A DNA stretch of 63,773 nucleotides, the filler included, from Guillardia theta CCMP2712 (Eukaryota > Protista > Cryptophyta): assembly GCF_000315625.1 (NCBI RefSeq). It is 5 parts of 5 records of this genome, joined end to end, with 100 filler letters (N's around TTAATTAATTAA, not from the genome) between each part and the next. Parts side by side here need not be neighbours in the genome. Positions count along the whole stretch, not along the records: positions 1 to 22,584 come from NW_005434361.1; 4 more parts are not named here. The stretch is one strand, 5' to 3'. How positions within the stretch are numbered: the stretch's first letter is position 1; every line of letters starts with the position of its first letter. A program made the position numbers and the translations under genes. The notes under the pieces were generated by a model. That model was given only the letters and a program-made list of their open reading frames with translations, was not told the origin of the DNA and made no database searches. This document shows, one piece after another, positions 11,701 through 22,684 of the stretch.

Positions 11701-14462
11701 CAGGAGGAGGAGGAAGAGAAGGAGGAGGAGGAGCATCCAGGAACTTGAGCCTCTCACGGTGTTGATTGAGTTCTCTTTGCAGTTCGATGAGGTTTCTAGA
11801 AAGCTCCTCAATGTTGTCTGTGTAGAACTTCGTCTGCACAGGAGAATTCAGCTCCTCCTCTCCTCTCCTCCTCCTCCTCTTCCCTCTCCTACCTCCTCTC
11901 GCTTCCTTCCTTCCCTCCTCCTCCCCCTCTACCTCACCTGTTCTGTACAGACTTGCTTCTCTATGGAGAGCTCACGCTGAAGGCTCTTGTTCTCCTCAGA
12001 CAGGACACGAATCGTCTCCTCCAGCTCTCGCAGCTGAACCTGGTAACTCTTCTCAAGATACCTTCTATTCTTCTTCTCCTCCTGCAGGGAGCGGCCAGTC
12101 TCACTCAACTCCTCCGCCATCCTCCCCCTTTCCTCTCTTCTTCTCTTGTTCTCTGCGAGTAGATTGTCTAGCAGGAGAGAAATTTCTTTCCCCGCTGCCT
12201 CAAGGCCTGCAGCTTGTTCTTGTGCAAGGGTCAACTGAGAGGTGAAAGCTTGCAGCTCCTCCACCTCCTTGTTGTCCTCCGACTGTGGCAGCTCCTCCTC
12301 CTCCTCCTCCTCCTCCTCCTCCTCCTCCTCCTCCTCCTCCTCCTCCTTCTCCTTCCTCTCCTGTTCTTGTCGGTCCCTTTCAAGCTCCATGCTTGTTTTC
12401 AGTTGGTTCACGTTCTGCTGTGCGATCTCAACTTCCGTTTGCATCTCCTTCAACTCACATCGTAACTTCTCCACATCGACAGCCTGCGTGCGTGTCCGAT
12501 TGTTCAACCCGCCTCTTCCTCCCCCCGTCTCTCCGCCCTCCTCCTCCCCCTCCTCCCCCTCCTCCTCCTCGTTGCTCGCTCCATTCATGATCGGTTCATC
12601 GCCACCTTCCTCCTCATCTCTCGAGCTCGTCAAGCTTGCGAACTCGTCGGCATCTGATGCCTCCTCGACATCCTTGACACGTTTCAGTTCCTCCTCCTGC
12701 TTCACCCGCAGGCCTGACATGAGGCCCATGGTTTCATCCAGAACCCCCGCGGCAGCTGACAAGACATTCTTCACCTCTATGACAACCTGCTCTTTTCGAG
12801 CATCGACCTCCCGCTGTCTTGACATGCTGTCTCCACATCCTCCCTTGCCCTCCGCCCCTCCCTCCTCCTTCCGCAAGCTCACACCCTTCCTCTCAAGTTT
12901 CACCCACGAGTGCATAACCGACACTTGCTGCGACTCGTCCGACATGGAGGTCACCTGCGGCGTTTGCGGGTCAAACAGCACGAGCTGAGAGCTATTCTCG
13001 TCCTCACCCTTGTCGCAATATCATCTCCCATACACATGACGTCCTCGACAGTCTCCCCAATCTTCGTGTTCAATCTCACCTGCATTCACTCAGTCATTGA
13101 TAGATTCAACTTTTTCTCCCTCATTCTCGCACCCACTCCTCCCTACCTCCCTCTCCCCCCTCTTCCACCCTCTCCCATCCACTGTCTTCTCTCCCTTGGT
13201 CACCCTTCCCCCTCCTCCCTTTCTCTTTCACTCTGCCTGTCAACTACCTTGAGCAGAAGCTGATTCGCCGTAATCCGCTCAATCTCTACATCTTGATCAT
13301 CATTACGATAAATTCTCTTCACTTCCTCCTGCCAGGAATTTTGCAGCTCCTCCTGCTGCTCCTTCAGTCAAGTTGATAACAGCTCAGTCCCTCTCACATC
13401 AGCTCTGCTCATTCTGACATGAACGTGCGCCGTAACAACACAGGCCTCCTTCTTCTCTCTGTTCCTCTCCCTACTCGCCGTCGGTGTCTGTCAGCCCCGT
13501 CAGTCGCTTCGCTCCATCCTCACTCTCTCTCACTCTTTGAGCGTTCCTGCTCGCCAGCAGGAGCTTGTTGAAGGTCTGCACCTTGCTCTCAACCTCATCC
13601 TGTATGTGCTGCAACCTCTGCTTCCTCTCCCTCTCCCTGCCGTTCCTGCTCAGAAACCTTCAGCCTGGTTCCAGCTGCTCCTCTGACGTGGCTGACCAGA
13701 CTTCCAGCAGCTTCTCGAGCTTGTTCGAGAGGTCGGCGATCTCCTTGAGGTAAGCGACGCGGTTGTCGCTCATGATCTGCCCGGGTGATGTTGAGCGAAA
13801 GGAAAAGGAGAGAGGAAGAAGGGAGGGGACGAGAGAAGGAGGGGAGGGGACGAGAGAAGGAGGGGAGGGGAAGAGAGAAGGAGGAGGAGCGGGTAGGGTG
13901 GGACAGGATGGCATGTGGTAGAGGAGGAGGAGGAAGAGGAAACACCTTCCTCCTCATGGTCGACAGCGTCTGGAAGCACTCGCTCATGCTGAAGTTGCCC
14001 GCCGGTGCCCTGGACGCTGTGGAGCATCGCACTCGACGCTCAGTCCCTTCAGAGCTCTCTACAGTGATGTCAACATGCCCCTGTTCCACCTGCCACTGTC
14101 GATTCGCCGCCCATTCCAAGATTTCCTTCATGGTCTTCGACTCTCCATCTATCTCCACTATCACCTCCCCTCTTCGCAGCCCCGCAACGTCCGCAGGTCC
14201 TCCAGGTCTGCCACAGGAGCGTTACAACCAGCAGCAGCGACGAGCTCTCTGCTCCCGACATGATGTGCGTGATCTTGGAGTCCTGTACGATGATCCCCAG
14301 CCCCCCGAACACCTCCTCCTCCTCCTGGCGGCACGCGTCAGCACAGGGGACGGCCTTCCTCCTCATGAGACTGGCTCCTCCTCTCACCGCGCATCCCTCG
14401 ATGCCCCTCGTGACCTCCTCCACCAGCTCCCGCAGCGCCTCCTCCAGCTCCTCTGCCGCCAT
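2116..14462 (-). CDS. Giant multi-exon coiled-coil protein with two PDZ domains (possibly more than one gene; 3' boundary uncertain)
   Basis: Consecutive minus-strand E/R/Q/L-rich ORFs (11929-12981, 9788-11839, 7102-9564, 5781-6833, 4837-5496) separated by GT-AG introns. N-terminal PDZ after splicing: GGLGIIVQDSKITHIIPGGPADVAGLRRGEVIVEIDGE (~14140-14310). Second PDZ: VGVGLSM...VEGFIPDSPALLDGRINIGDLLLSID...LVLGERGSKVELKFLR (~5085-5330). Confidence 0.65.
2450..2613. repeat. 21-bp minisatellite (GAGAGGACGCGGTCGGAGGGR), about 7-8 copies
   Basis: Directly visible. Would encode (DRVLSPS)n if exonic on the minus strand. Confidence 0.92.
2953..3209. repeat. ~23-bp minisatellite (GCAGCGGGTGAAGGAGGGGAGAG), about 11 copies
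   Basis: Directly visible. Period is not a multiple of 3, so probably intronic. Confidence 0.92.
3729..3817. repeat. (GAGT)n microsatellite followed by (GGGA)n
   Basis: Directly visible. Confidence 0.95.
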
Positions 14463-15365
14463 GGCGCCGGCGGAACCAAAAAAACAAGTCAAGTGTCATC
14501 AAAAAGAAAATCTCCCCTGCCTTTTACACTCACAGCTTTCTCACCCCTCTCCTCTCTCCCTCCTCCCTCCCTCGCTCNNNNNNNNNNNNNNNNNNNNNNN
14601 NNNNNNNNNNNNNNNNNNNNNNNNNNNNNNNNNNNNNNNNNNNNNNNNNNNNNNNNNNNNNNNNNNNNNNNNNNNNNTTCCCCGCCTTTGCCCCCCCTTC
14701 CTCCCTTCCCCGCCTTGCCCCCCTCCTCCCTTCCCCGCTTGCTCTCCCTCCTCCCTTCCCGCTTGCTCTCCCTCCCTCCCTTCCCTTGCTCCCCCTCTTC
14801 CTTGTCCTTCCCCGCCTTGTCTCTCCCCCCTCGCCTCCTCGTTCCTTCACCTCATCAACCCCCACCCCTCCTGCTTTCCTCGTCCTGTTACACAAGTCAA
14901 GGCTTCTTCTCTCCGCCGCAATCATCGAGCAGGGGCAGCAACAGCGGAGGATCACTCACATACGGAGGGGAGAGGAAGTGAAAGTTCGACATCAACATGC
15001 TATCGAATGCTCATGTTCTCTACCCGGACATTGCCAGGCAGTTCTTGCGAACTTCGAGTGTTGGCTCAGCATTGTGCAGGCCGTTCTCAACGGATATGGC
15101 GGATCAGATCATGATGACTGCATGTTGACATTCAGTCTTCCATCTGCTTCTTTTCATGAAAGCTTCAAACTTCACAATCTTACGTTTAAGAAGTTGTGGG
15201 TACGACAACATACAAATTCGAATGGATCTTGATGACATCTTCGTGAGACCCAAAAAATTATCTTCATTCAAAACTGTTGGTGTAATTAAATCAAAATGGG
15301 GAAAGAGACCAACCATTGGAGGCCTTCAAAAGGTCCAGCCAACTCAATGAGTTTGTAGCATACAA

Positions 15366-16017
15366 TCAATCGTTCAACTTCGATCTCTTGCGGATGAAGT
15401 GTACATCATCATCATCATCATCCATCGCTAAGAACCACCTTATGAAGCTCGCTGATATCGGCTCCTCCTCCTCCTCCTCCTCCCTCCCCATGAAGGCTTG
15501 TGCTCCAGCTTCTGATCTCAGCCTTCCTCCAGCAGCCCCCACATCCACATCCGCCATGATCATTTCGACATGCCAATCCTTATGCGTTGCCAGCATGGTC
15601 ACGTCTTCGGCTCTGTCCACATGCCCTTCCCCATGCCCTCCCACATGGAGCTCTTGCCTTTCTCCCCCTCCCCCCCATCTGGACTCCCCGGCTCTGACCC
15701 TTGACCCCCCCTCCCCTCCTCTCTCCTCGCTTCCTCGCATACGGCCACTTCTCCACTCCCAGCCTACGGCACGCGTTCCTCAGCGCCGTCAGAGAGATCC
15801 CCTGCAAGCACAGCCCCGTCAGCCTCCTGCCGCTCCTCCCCTCTCTCCTGCGTGCGGGAAGCAAGGCGGGGGAGAGGCTCACCAGCTGATCGGCGGCCTC
15901 CTCCTGGCGGAGGTGGAAGAGAGCTTGTACGTCATGGCGGGAGATGCTGACGGGGTTACCGCCGGAGTCTTGACGACGCTGCTTGCGGGGGTAGATCTGA
16001 ACGTAGGGCTGCTCCAT
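15366..16017 (-). CDS. RWP-RK domain transcription factor, copy 1
   Basis: VSISRHDVQALFHLRQEEAADQL|intron|GISLTALRNACRRLGVEKWPYARKR matches the RWP-RK consensus (F.LP..EAA..LG...T.LK..CRR.GI.RWP.RK). Confidence 0.85.
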
Positions 16018-17380
16018 GGATGGTGTTGGAAGGGATGGAACGACAGGGTACCGTGTGGTGACTTGTTGTAGCCAAGGGAGGGGGAGCGTTGTCTGTGCTC
16101 TGTTGTCGTACTCACAAGATCCGAAAGTGCCGAGGAAGGCAGCGTGTCGGAGGGGGCGAGCGAGGACAGGATCAAGCTAGCCCAAAGCCTGCCCTTTTCA
16201 TTTCACTCCGCACCAGGACGTGAAGACACTGGGATGGGTGGGGGGTACACTCGTACGGGTATTTCTCCCTGGGAAGGCATGGGTGATTTGTCATATTTTT
16301 GGGAATCAAGGGGTGGGTCCTATGCAGGGAGTCCTTGTCATGTTACCGTGGTAACGTGATCAGACGGAGTCGAACTCCGCTTACACCACCCTACCCTGAG
16401 AAAGTCAATGAAATTATGGAAATAGACCAGGTACTGGAAGTCCATCTGTTTGACCTCTTGGCTTCATGTCCTTCAATCACGTTACTCTTCGGAGGCAAGG
16501 GGTGGGTTAACTCGTTACCAGAAGTAGGGTACTGCGAACGAGTCCGTACGGGTACCTTTCGATTACCACCCCCTAATGAACGTAGTCACGGTTTGCCCTG
16601 AGGCTCTTTGACTTCTTAACTCCGAGTCAGGTGACCTTTTTAACTGAAGTGACGTGATTCCTTACCACCCTTCGATTGTAGCACGTTTTTGGCCCGGAGC
16701 CTCGGAGTTGTTGGCCTATGAGGCCCGTGCTAATGATCGAAAAGACTTGATTTCAGGCTCGATCATTCCTCGGAGAAGGCGCAGTGTACCAGTACATTGA
16801 GTTAAGTGATTCTTAAGATCGGGATGTGGATATCTTTCTCTGACCTTCGAGACTTTTTTCCGCCTGTAAGGTGCCCTTGCACCAAGCTGGTAGGGCATGA
16901 GAACAAGATAACGGCCCAATAACGGATCGCAGGGCAAGCCTGAAGGCTTAACTGTGTCCCATCTACGAAAGACTCAACTCGAAGTGCCTCGATCTTGCTG
17001 ACAGGTTGAACCGTGATTTGGAACGTGCTGGTGTCAGAAGACTGCGATTAGGAAAGTGTAACCAACGCACGTATACGAGTTGTGACATCATTTTCACAGG
17101 CTGTGACTGCGCAAGATTGTGTTGAAAAGATACACACAACTTCTCACATGCTCCGCTGGGCACAATCAACTTGGTCTGGGTTGAGTGCTCTCTGATACCC
17201 AGCCAACTGGTCTTGAGCTGTTTGAACAGAACCGCCACCACACCTCAAGAGTCTGAGTCTGACTTCATTTACAGGAAAGGAGTCGGACCACGGCACGGTG
17301 GAGAAGACCCAAAACTCTCAGTCTCCTTTATTTAGGATGTACTGTTTTTGCTAATAAATGTAAAACAAGACTTGCATGGT

Positions 17381-18005
17381 CTAGATATCCTCGTCATCTA
17401 CCACTGTAGCATACCACCTGATGAAGCTCGCTGATATCGGCTCCTCTTCCTCCATGGCAATTCTTGCGCCATTCTCAGTTGTCACCTCCTCTCCCTCTGC
17501 TTCCAAGAAGTTCATCTGATCTTGCCACCATACCCGCGTCTTCAGGTCAGTTCCCTCGGTCGCCTTATCCATCTCGGCCATCGCTTGTTCCTTGACTCTT
17601 GTATCCTCGTCCTCTAATAATTCCACCTCCCCCCCTGCCGCACTCTCCTTTCTCCCCTCCCCCCATCTCGGACTCCCTGGCTCTGACCCTTGCCCCCCCC
17701 CCCCTCCTCTCTCCTCGCTTCCTCGCATACGGCCACTTCTCCACCCCCAGCCTACGGCACGCGTTCCTCAGCGCCGTCAGAGAGATCCCCTGCAAGCACA
17801 GCCCCGTCAGCCTCCTGCCGCTCCTCCCCTCTCTCCTGCGTGCGGGAAGCAAGGCGGGGGAGAGGCTCACCAGCTGATCGGCGGCCTCCTCCTGGCGGAG
17901 GTGGAAGAGAGCTTGTACGTCATGGCGGGAGATGCTGACGGGGTTACCGCCGGAGTCTTGACGACGCTGCTTGCGGGGGTAGATCTGAACGTAGGGCTGC
18001 TCCAT
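17381..18005 (-). CDS. RWP-RK domain transcription factor, copy 2 (tandem paralogue)
   Basis: First ~300 nt including the intron are almost identical to copy 1. Shares the C-terminal EEEEPISASFIRW motif. Confidence 0.85.
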
Positions 18006-18325
18006 GTTGGAGGAGAGGGGGGGACAATCAAATATTGAGGAGGAAGAGGAAGAGGAAGAGGAAGAGGAAGAGGAAGAGGAAGAGGAAGGGAAGGAGGAGG
18101 ACGTCAACAAGGAAGGGAGCCACTGAGGGTACAAGGAGTAAACCTTAGGTCATGAATTGTGCACGGAATGCTGACAAAATCATTTTTAAAGAATCTCTCA
18201 GAGAGATGCAACTCGGGTCGTAACACTGACCGTGTGACGGCAGTGACCGGGCTCACCACGGCCTCACGGCAGTGTCACCGGCCGTGACCCGGCCCGGTCT
18301 CCCATGCTTCTAGTGACTCTAAAAC

Positions 18326-18711
18326 AACTGAGGGCCGTTTCCCGCCGGCTCCCAGATTCCAGAAAGTGATTTGAAATTTACCCCGAAATATTCACGGGTG
18401 CTTTCAATACATACTGACAGGGGGTGGGGTCCCCTGCCCGGCCTGTTCATATTTGATGCTCCCAGCGTACCCTCCCTACATTCTAACAATTTTTCTCGAT
18501 TGAGCTAATAGTATATTTCCATATAGTGCCTGCCCATTCGAAAAGCAAAATCTGGGAAACTCAACCGCATCGTTTCATTCTCAAATTAAAATGACTTATA
18601 GTTGAGTTCTCCAAAACATTTGGAGGAGAAAAAAAGAAATTGACTTATATTTGTATGAAAAAATCTGGAATCTGGAATCTGGGAGCCGGCGGGACGTGAC
18701 GGGCCTGAGTT
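18326..18711. mobile_element. Candidate MITE (non-autonomous DNA transposon)
   Basis: Perfect 24-bp inverted repeat 18340-18363 / 18671-18694, extending imperfectly to AACT(18326)...AGTT(18711). AAAAC is directly repeated on both flanks (18321-18325, 18712-18716). Interior is AT-rich with no ORF in the supplied track. Confidence 0.65.
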
Positions 18712-19479
18712 AAAACTCGGATCGGATCAGGCCGTACAAGGACAATCAGGAGAGTAGAGGAGGCTTGACCCTGGACCGTGCCGTACCGTACGGTCACCCG
18801 GTCCCGGCCAACTGGATCCCCCCGGGGCGGCGGCCGCAGGGCCGCGCGGGGCCCCCGGCCGGCCCTGGCGGGCCGGGACTCGGACTCTGGGGACTTGGCC
18901 CGCCCCCGGTGGCGGTGACCGGCGGTGACGGACGCTTCCGAAGTTCCGACTCCGCACAGCGGCCGCAGTGACTGCGGCAGCCTGCCCGCCGCCGCTCCGA
19001 GCGCCCCTTGGCGGCGGGGCCCGGGCCCGCCGCCGGGCCGCGGGCGGCCCGCTGCGACGTCTCACTGCTACGGTCCGAGGCGAGTCAACCTGCCGCGGCG
19101 CCGCTCAGCACCGTCACAGCTCCGGGCCGCCCGGCCGCCCGGCCCCGGCAGATGATCGGACGGTGCACGGAACCGGACTCGCCGGGAACCATGATAGCAT
19201 CCGGGCCGATGATCACCGGCCGGTCGTTGAAAGTTGCCGCGCCCCCGGCGGGCCAGTGACTCCCCCGCAGTCTTCGGGCCCCATCCGGCCGCGGCGATCG
19301 GATGATGATGCCAGGCTGAACCATCAGCGATGAGCCTGTGAATCAGTAAAATTTTGGATGATAACTTGGATGATTTACTGAACACTACTACGGCAGTCAG
19401 TCAAGGAGCGACTGAGTGAGGCAGAGACTAGAAGGAGAGAGACTAGAAGAGCTTCAGTGAGAGAGAGACTAGAAGAACT

Positions 19480-21772
19480 TCAGTGGTTGTGTGAGGCATG
19501 CGAGTCGCCCGCGGCTCCCATGAGACACTCGCAGTGCCGATGATTCAACGAGGTCAGCCCGAGCGCGATGGCCCCGACAGCAAACGACTGCGATAAGAGC
19601 GACGGTGAGCTTAACGAGATAGGAAGAGAGAGAGGAGGAAGGTCACGAGGAGAGCAAGAGGAGGCGAGAGGTCGGCAGCAGTGACAACATCATGCATCAG
19701 GAGACGTACCAGCCAGTGGACGGCTGCTCGCTGTAGATCATCGACGACCAGGATCTCGGGAACAAGTCCTACAACCATCCCTTCACACTCTGACGGAAAC
19801 CCATCCTCCTCCGCTCCTCACCCGCGGCGATGTACAGGAGCAGGCCAGCTCCGAAGGCCAGCAGGAGCCCCATGTCCTTGCTGATGTGGGAGGAGATGGA
19901 GTCGGAGGACGCGAGGATTACGATGACCTGGGAGACGCGTCATGCTCGTGCTCGACTCGGGGGCTGTGACTCACCCCAAGGATGCAAGAGAGGGAGGAGG
20001 CGAAGTTGCTGATCAGCGCCCATCGAGTCGACCTGCCCTTGCTAGGTGAGAACAGGAGAGGCGGGTGAGGGGTAAAGGGGAAGGGAGGGAGGGAGGGAGG
20101 GACTAACATTCCAGACGTCCTAAGGATGACAAAGTCGCTGAGCTCCTGGGGTAGTTCGTGCACGATGGCTGCACCCACAACAATCCAGCCGAGCTCTGTG
20201 AATCAAGGGAGTGAGTGCTGGACAAGGAGGAGGAGGAGGAGGAGGAGGAGGATGAGGGGGAGGGGGAGGGGGAGGAGGGGGAGGGGGAGGGGGAGGGGGA
20301 GGAGGAGGAGGAGGCGTCTGGACCTGGTCCGCAGTATTTGAAGGCAATGGCTGTTGTCACCCCATCGAAGAAGTTGTGGAAGAAGTCGGCAATGAGCACG
20401 TTGCCTATCCTGCCGTGCGGGCAGAGGATCGCCTCCTCTAAGCAGGCACTTTCGACGCTGCTCTCAGTGACGTAGGGCTGGGAGAAGGCAAGGGGAGTCA
20501 TCAGGTGCCCTTGAAGAGCAAACCGTGAGTTACCAGCTGTTGAGGCGCCTCCATCTTCTGTTGCAAGTCGCAGCGCACTTGAACCATCTCCGCTACGGTG
20601 CTTCCTCCTCCGCTTCCTGCTGCTGTAGACTGCGAGGACGGTGAGGTTTACGACAAGGACGGAGCAGAACTCTACCTCCTTGCTCGTGGGTTTGTAAAAA
20701 AACTTTGAGACCGTGCTCGATCAGAAGGCCTGAACCCTAATGTCAGTCTCTTTCCCCTCTCCCCCCTGACCCTCATCCCTGCTTCTCTTGCTGCTGCTGC
20801 TCCCCAGCTTCTCTCTCTTCTGTCACTCTCTTGCACCCTTCCTCCAAACTCTTCCCTTCTCCCTTCTCCCTCCTTGTCCCCTCCACGACCGTGACTCAGG
20901 TGCTCACCGGCGAAGTATCCAGCGGTCACCGTGGTGCTGACGCGCCAGTCCAGGGCCCCGAAGAGAGCGCCAGCTTCAGGGATGAGGTGGACGAGGACGA
21001 GGGAGATGAGAACACCGCACGCGAAGGAGTTGAGGAACTTGAGGATGCCCAGCTGCTTCATCTGAACGATCGGAGCGATGATGAGGGCCCCCGAGAGCGA
21101 CATCACGGCCCCCAGGAAGGCCCCGAGCATCGACAGCCCCCATACCCTGCTGCTGTCCATGGAGCTAGCGCAGGCTGCGGATCCCTCGATGGAGAGGCTT
21201 TCCCCATGGATGTCGCTGAAGAGCTTCCGGTCGCCGGCCTCCCACTCTGACGGGTTGTGGTTGGCAAAGACCACGTACTCCCCAGCAACAGTCACCGACA
21301 CCTTCATCAGCGTGCTTGCTGCCTCCTTGTCTGCCACCAGCTCGAACGCATCAACCTTGGTCCCATCCTCTAGCTTCAACGCCCCCCGACCAGCCCCTTC
21401 TCTCCTTGCTGCAGGATCGGAAGTTTTCCTTTGAGAAGCTCCTCCACCTGCTCCTCCAACTTCTCCACCGCAGAGCTGCTCTCCTCGAAAGCTTCGGGCA
21501 TGGGTACCAGCACTACCTTGAGGGAGGAGTCGACGTATTCCTGCACCAGCACAAGAGTTAGAGGAGAGGTGTCTTCAGCTTGTTCATGAGACCTCATTCT
21601 GTCGTTGAAGGCTCAGCGTGTATGTTGCTTGCTCAAGGTGATACACTCCATGCCAGAGCTCCTCGTGCGCGTGTTCCCCCTCTTCATGATCGTGATCGTC
21701 TGCACTTGCATGCCCTCCGAGGAGAATGATGCTCAACAACAACGTGCCGATGAAAAACTTGATAGCGTTCAT
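19480..21772 (-). CDS. ZIP (SLC39) zinc/metal transporter, LIV-1-like, with signal peptide, multi-exon
   Basis: Signal peptide plus DDHDHEEGEHAHEE; SFACGVLISLVLVHLIPEA; TM4 ADFFHNFFDG; TM5 HELPQELSDFVIL; C-terminus HRHCECLMGAAGDSHASHNH*. Confidence 0.92.
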
Positions 21773-22584
21773 ATGTTAATATCTGCTGTAAAGATTGTCA
21801 ACAAAGCTCAAGTTGAACATAGATGCAAGGAAAGCCAGACAACAGGAGGGGATGGGCTGATCTTTCTGAAGAATGTTCATTGTCCTGACATTCATCTCGT
21901 TTTCAATCATCTGTATGGCGTCTATCTCAGCATCTGTTTGCTAAAAACTCTCTACTGGGTTGCATGCAATTTTCATTTCCAGCTTTGTCATCTCTTCGCA
22001 TTCTCTGTTCTCGTTTCCTGCTATTTCCTCTCCCTTTCGTGCTCTTTCTTTCCATCTTCCTGTCTATCTCGTCCTGTCCTCTCCACTCCTCTCCTCTCCT
22101 CTCCTCCTTCCATCTACCTCCTTCCTCTCTCCTCGTCTCCCTCGGCGCTTGATCCATGGACGCGAGTACAGAATATCTATGTCCCCATGTACCCCACCCA
22201 ACTAACAATCTCTCCGTAACAGTACCCTACCGTTTCCCTGACCTCTCCATGTTTTATTTTGTACCCCTACTTTGACTACCCCACCCCATCAATTCCCTCA
22301 CAAGCGTTGGCTCGAGGGGGGTAACATTTTGTACACCAGTAGGAAGGCGGATCCGTATCTCCCCTGCAGTACAGTGACCACCCCACCCCCTAACTGACCC
22401 AGCCTCTGAGCCGTGACTCCCCGTGAACCACCCCTACCCCCCATTCCGAGCCTGGTGGCGCAGGACGTGACACTACCGGGTGACCGGCCCAGTGGTGTGG
22501 GTGAACTTTGAAACGTCCTCCTTTTTACTCAAAGTTAAGTTAAAATTAGTACGAGGACAATATAAGGAGAGGAGGCCCGGCGTC

Positions 22585-22684
22585 NNNNNNNNNNNNNNNN
22601 NNNNNNNNNNNNNNNNNNNNNNNNNNNNTTAATTAATTAANNNNNNNNNNNNNNNNNNNNNNNNNNNNNNNNNNNNNNNNNNNN
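22585..22684. other. Artificial contig linker (N-TTAATTAATTAA-N)
   Basis: 100-nt spacer whose core has stops in all six frames. Occurs four times in the window. Confidence 0.97.

Noticed and set aside
16100-17350. Possible transposon or gene fragment between the RWP-RK copies
   Set aside because: No recognisable domain, terminal repeats or consistent reading frame.
18727-19385. Overlapping Arg/Pro/Gly-rich ORFs in the GC island
   Set aside because: Stop-poor because of GC content; no coding signal.
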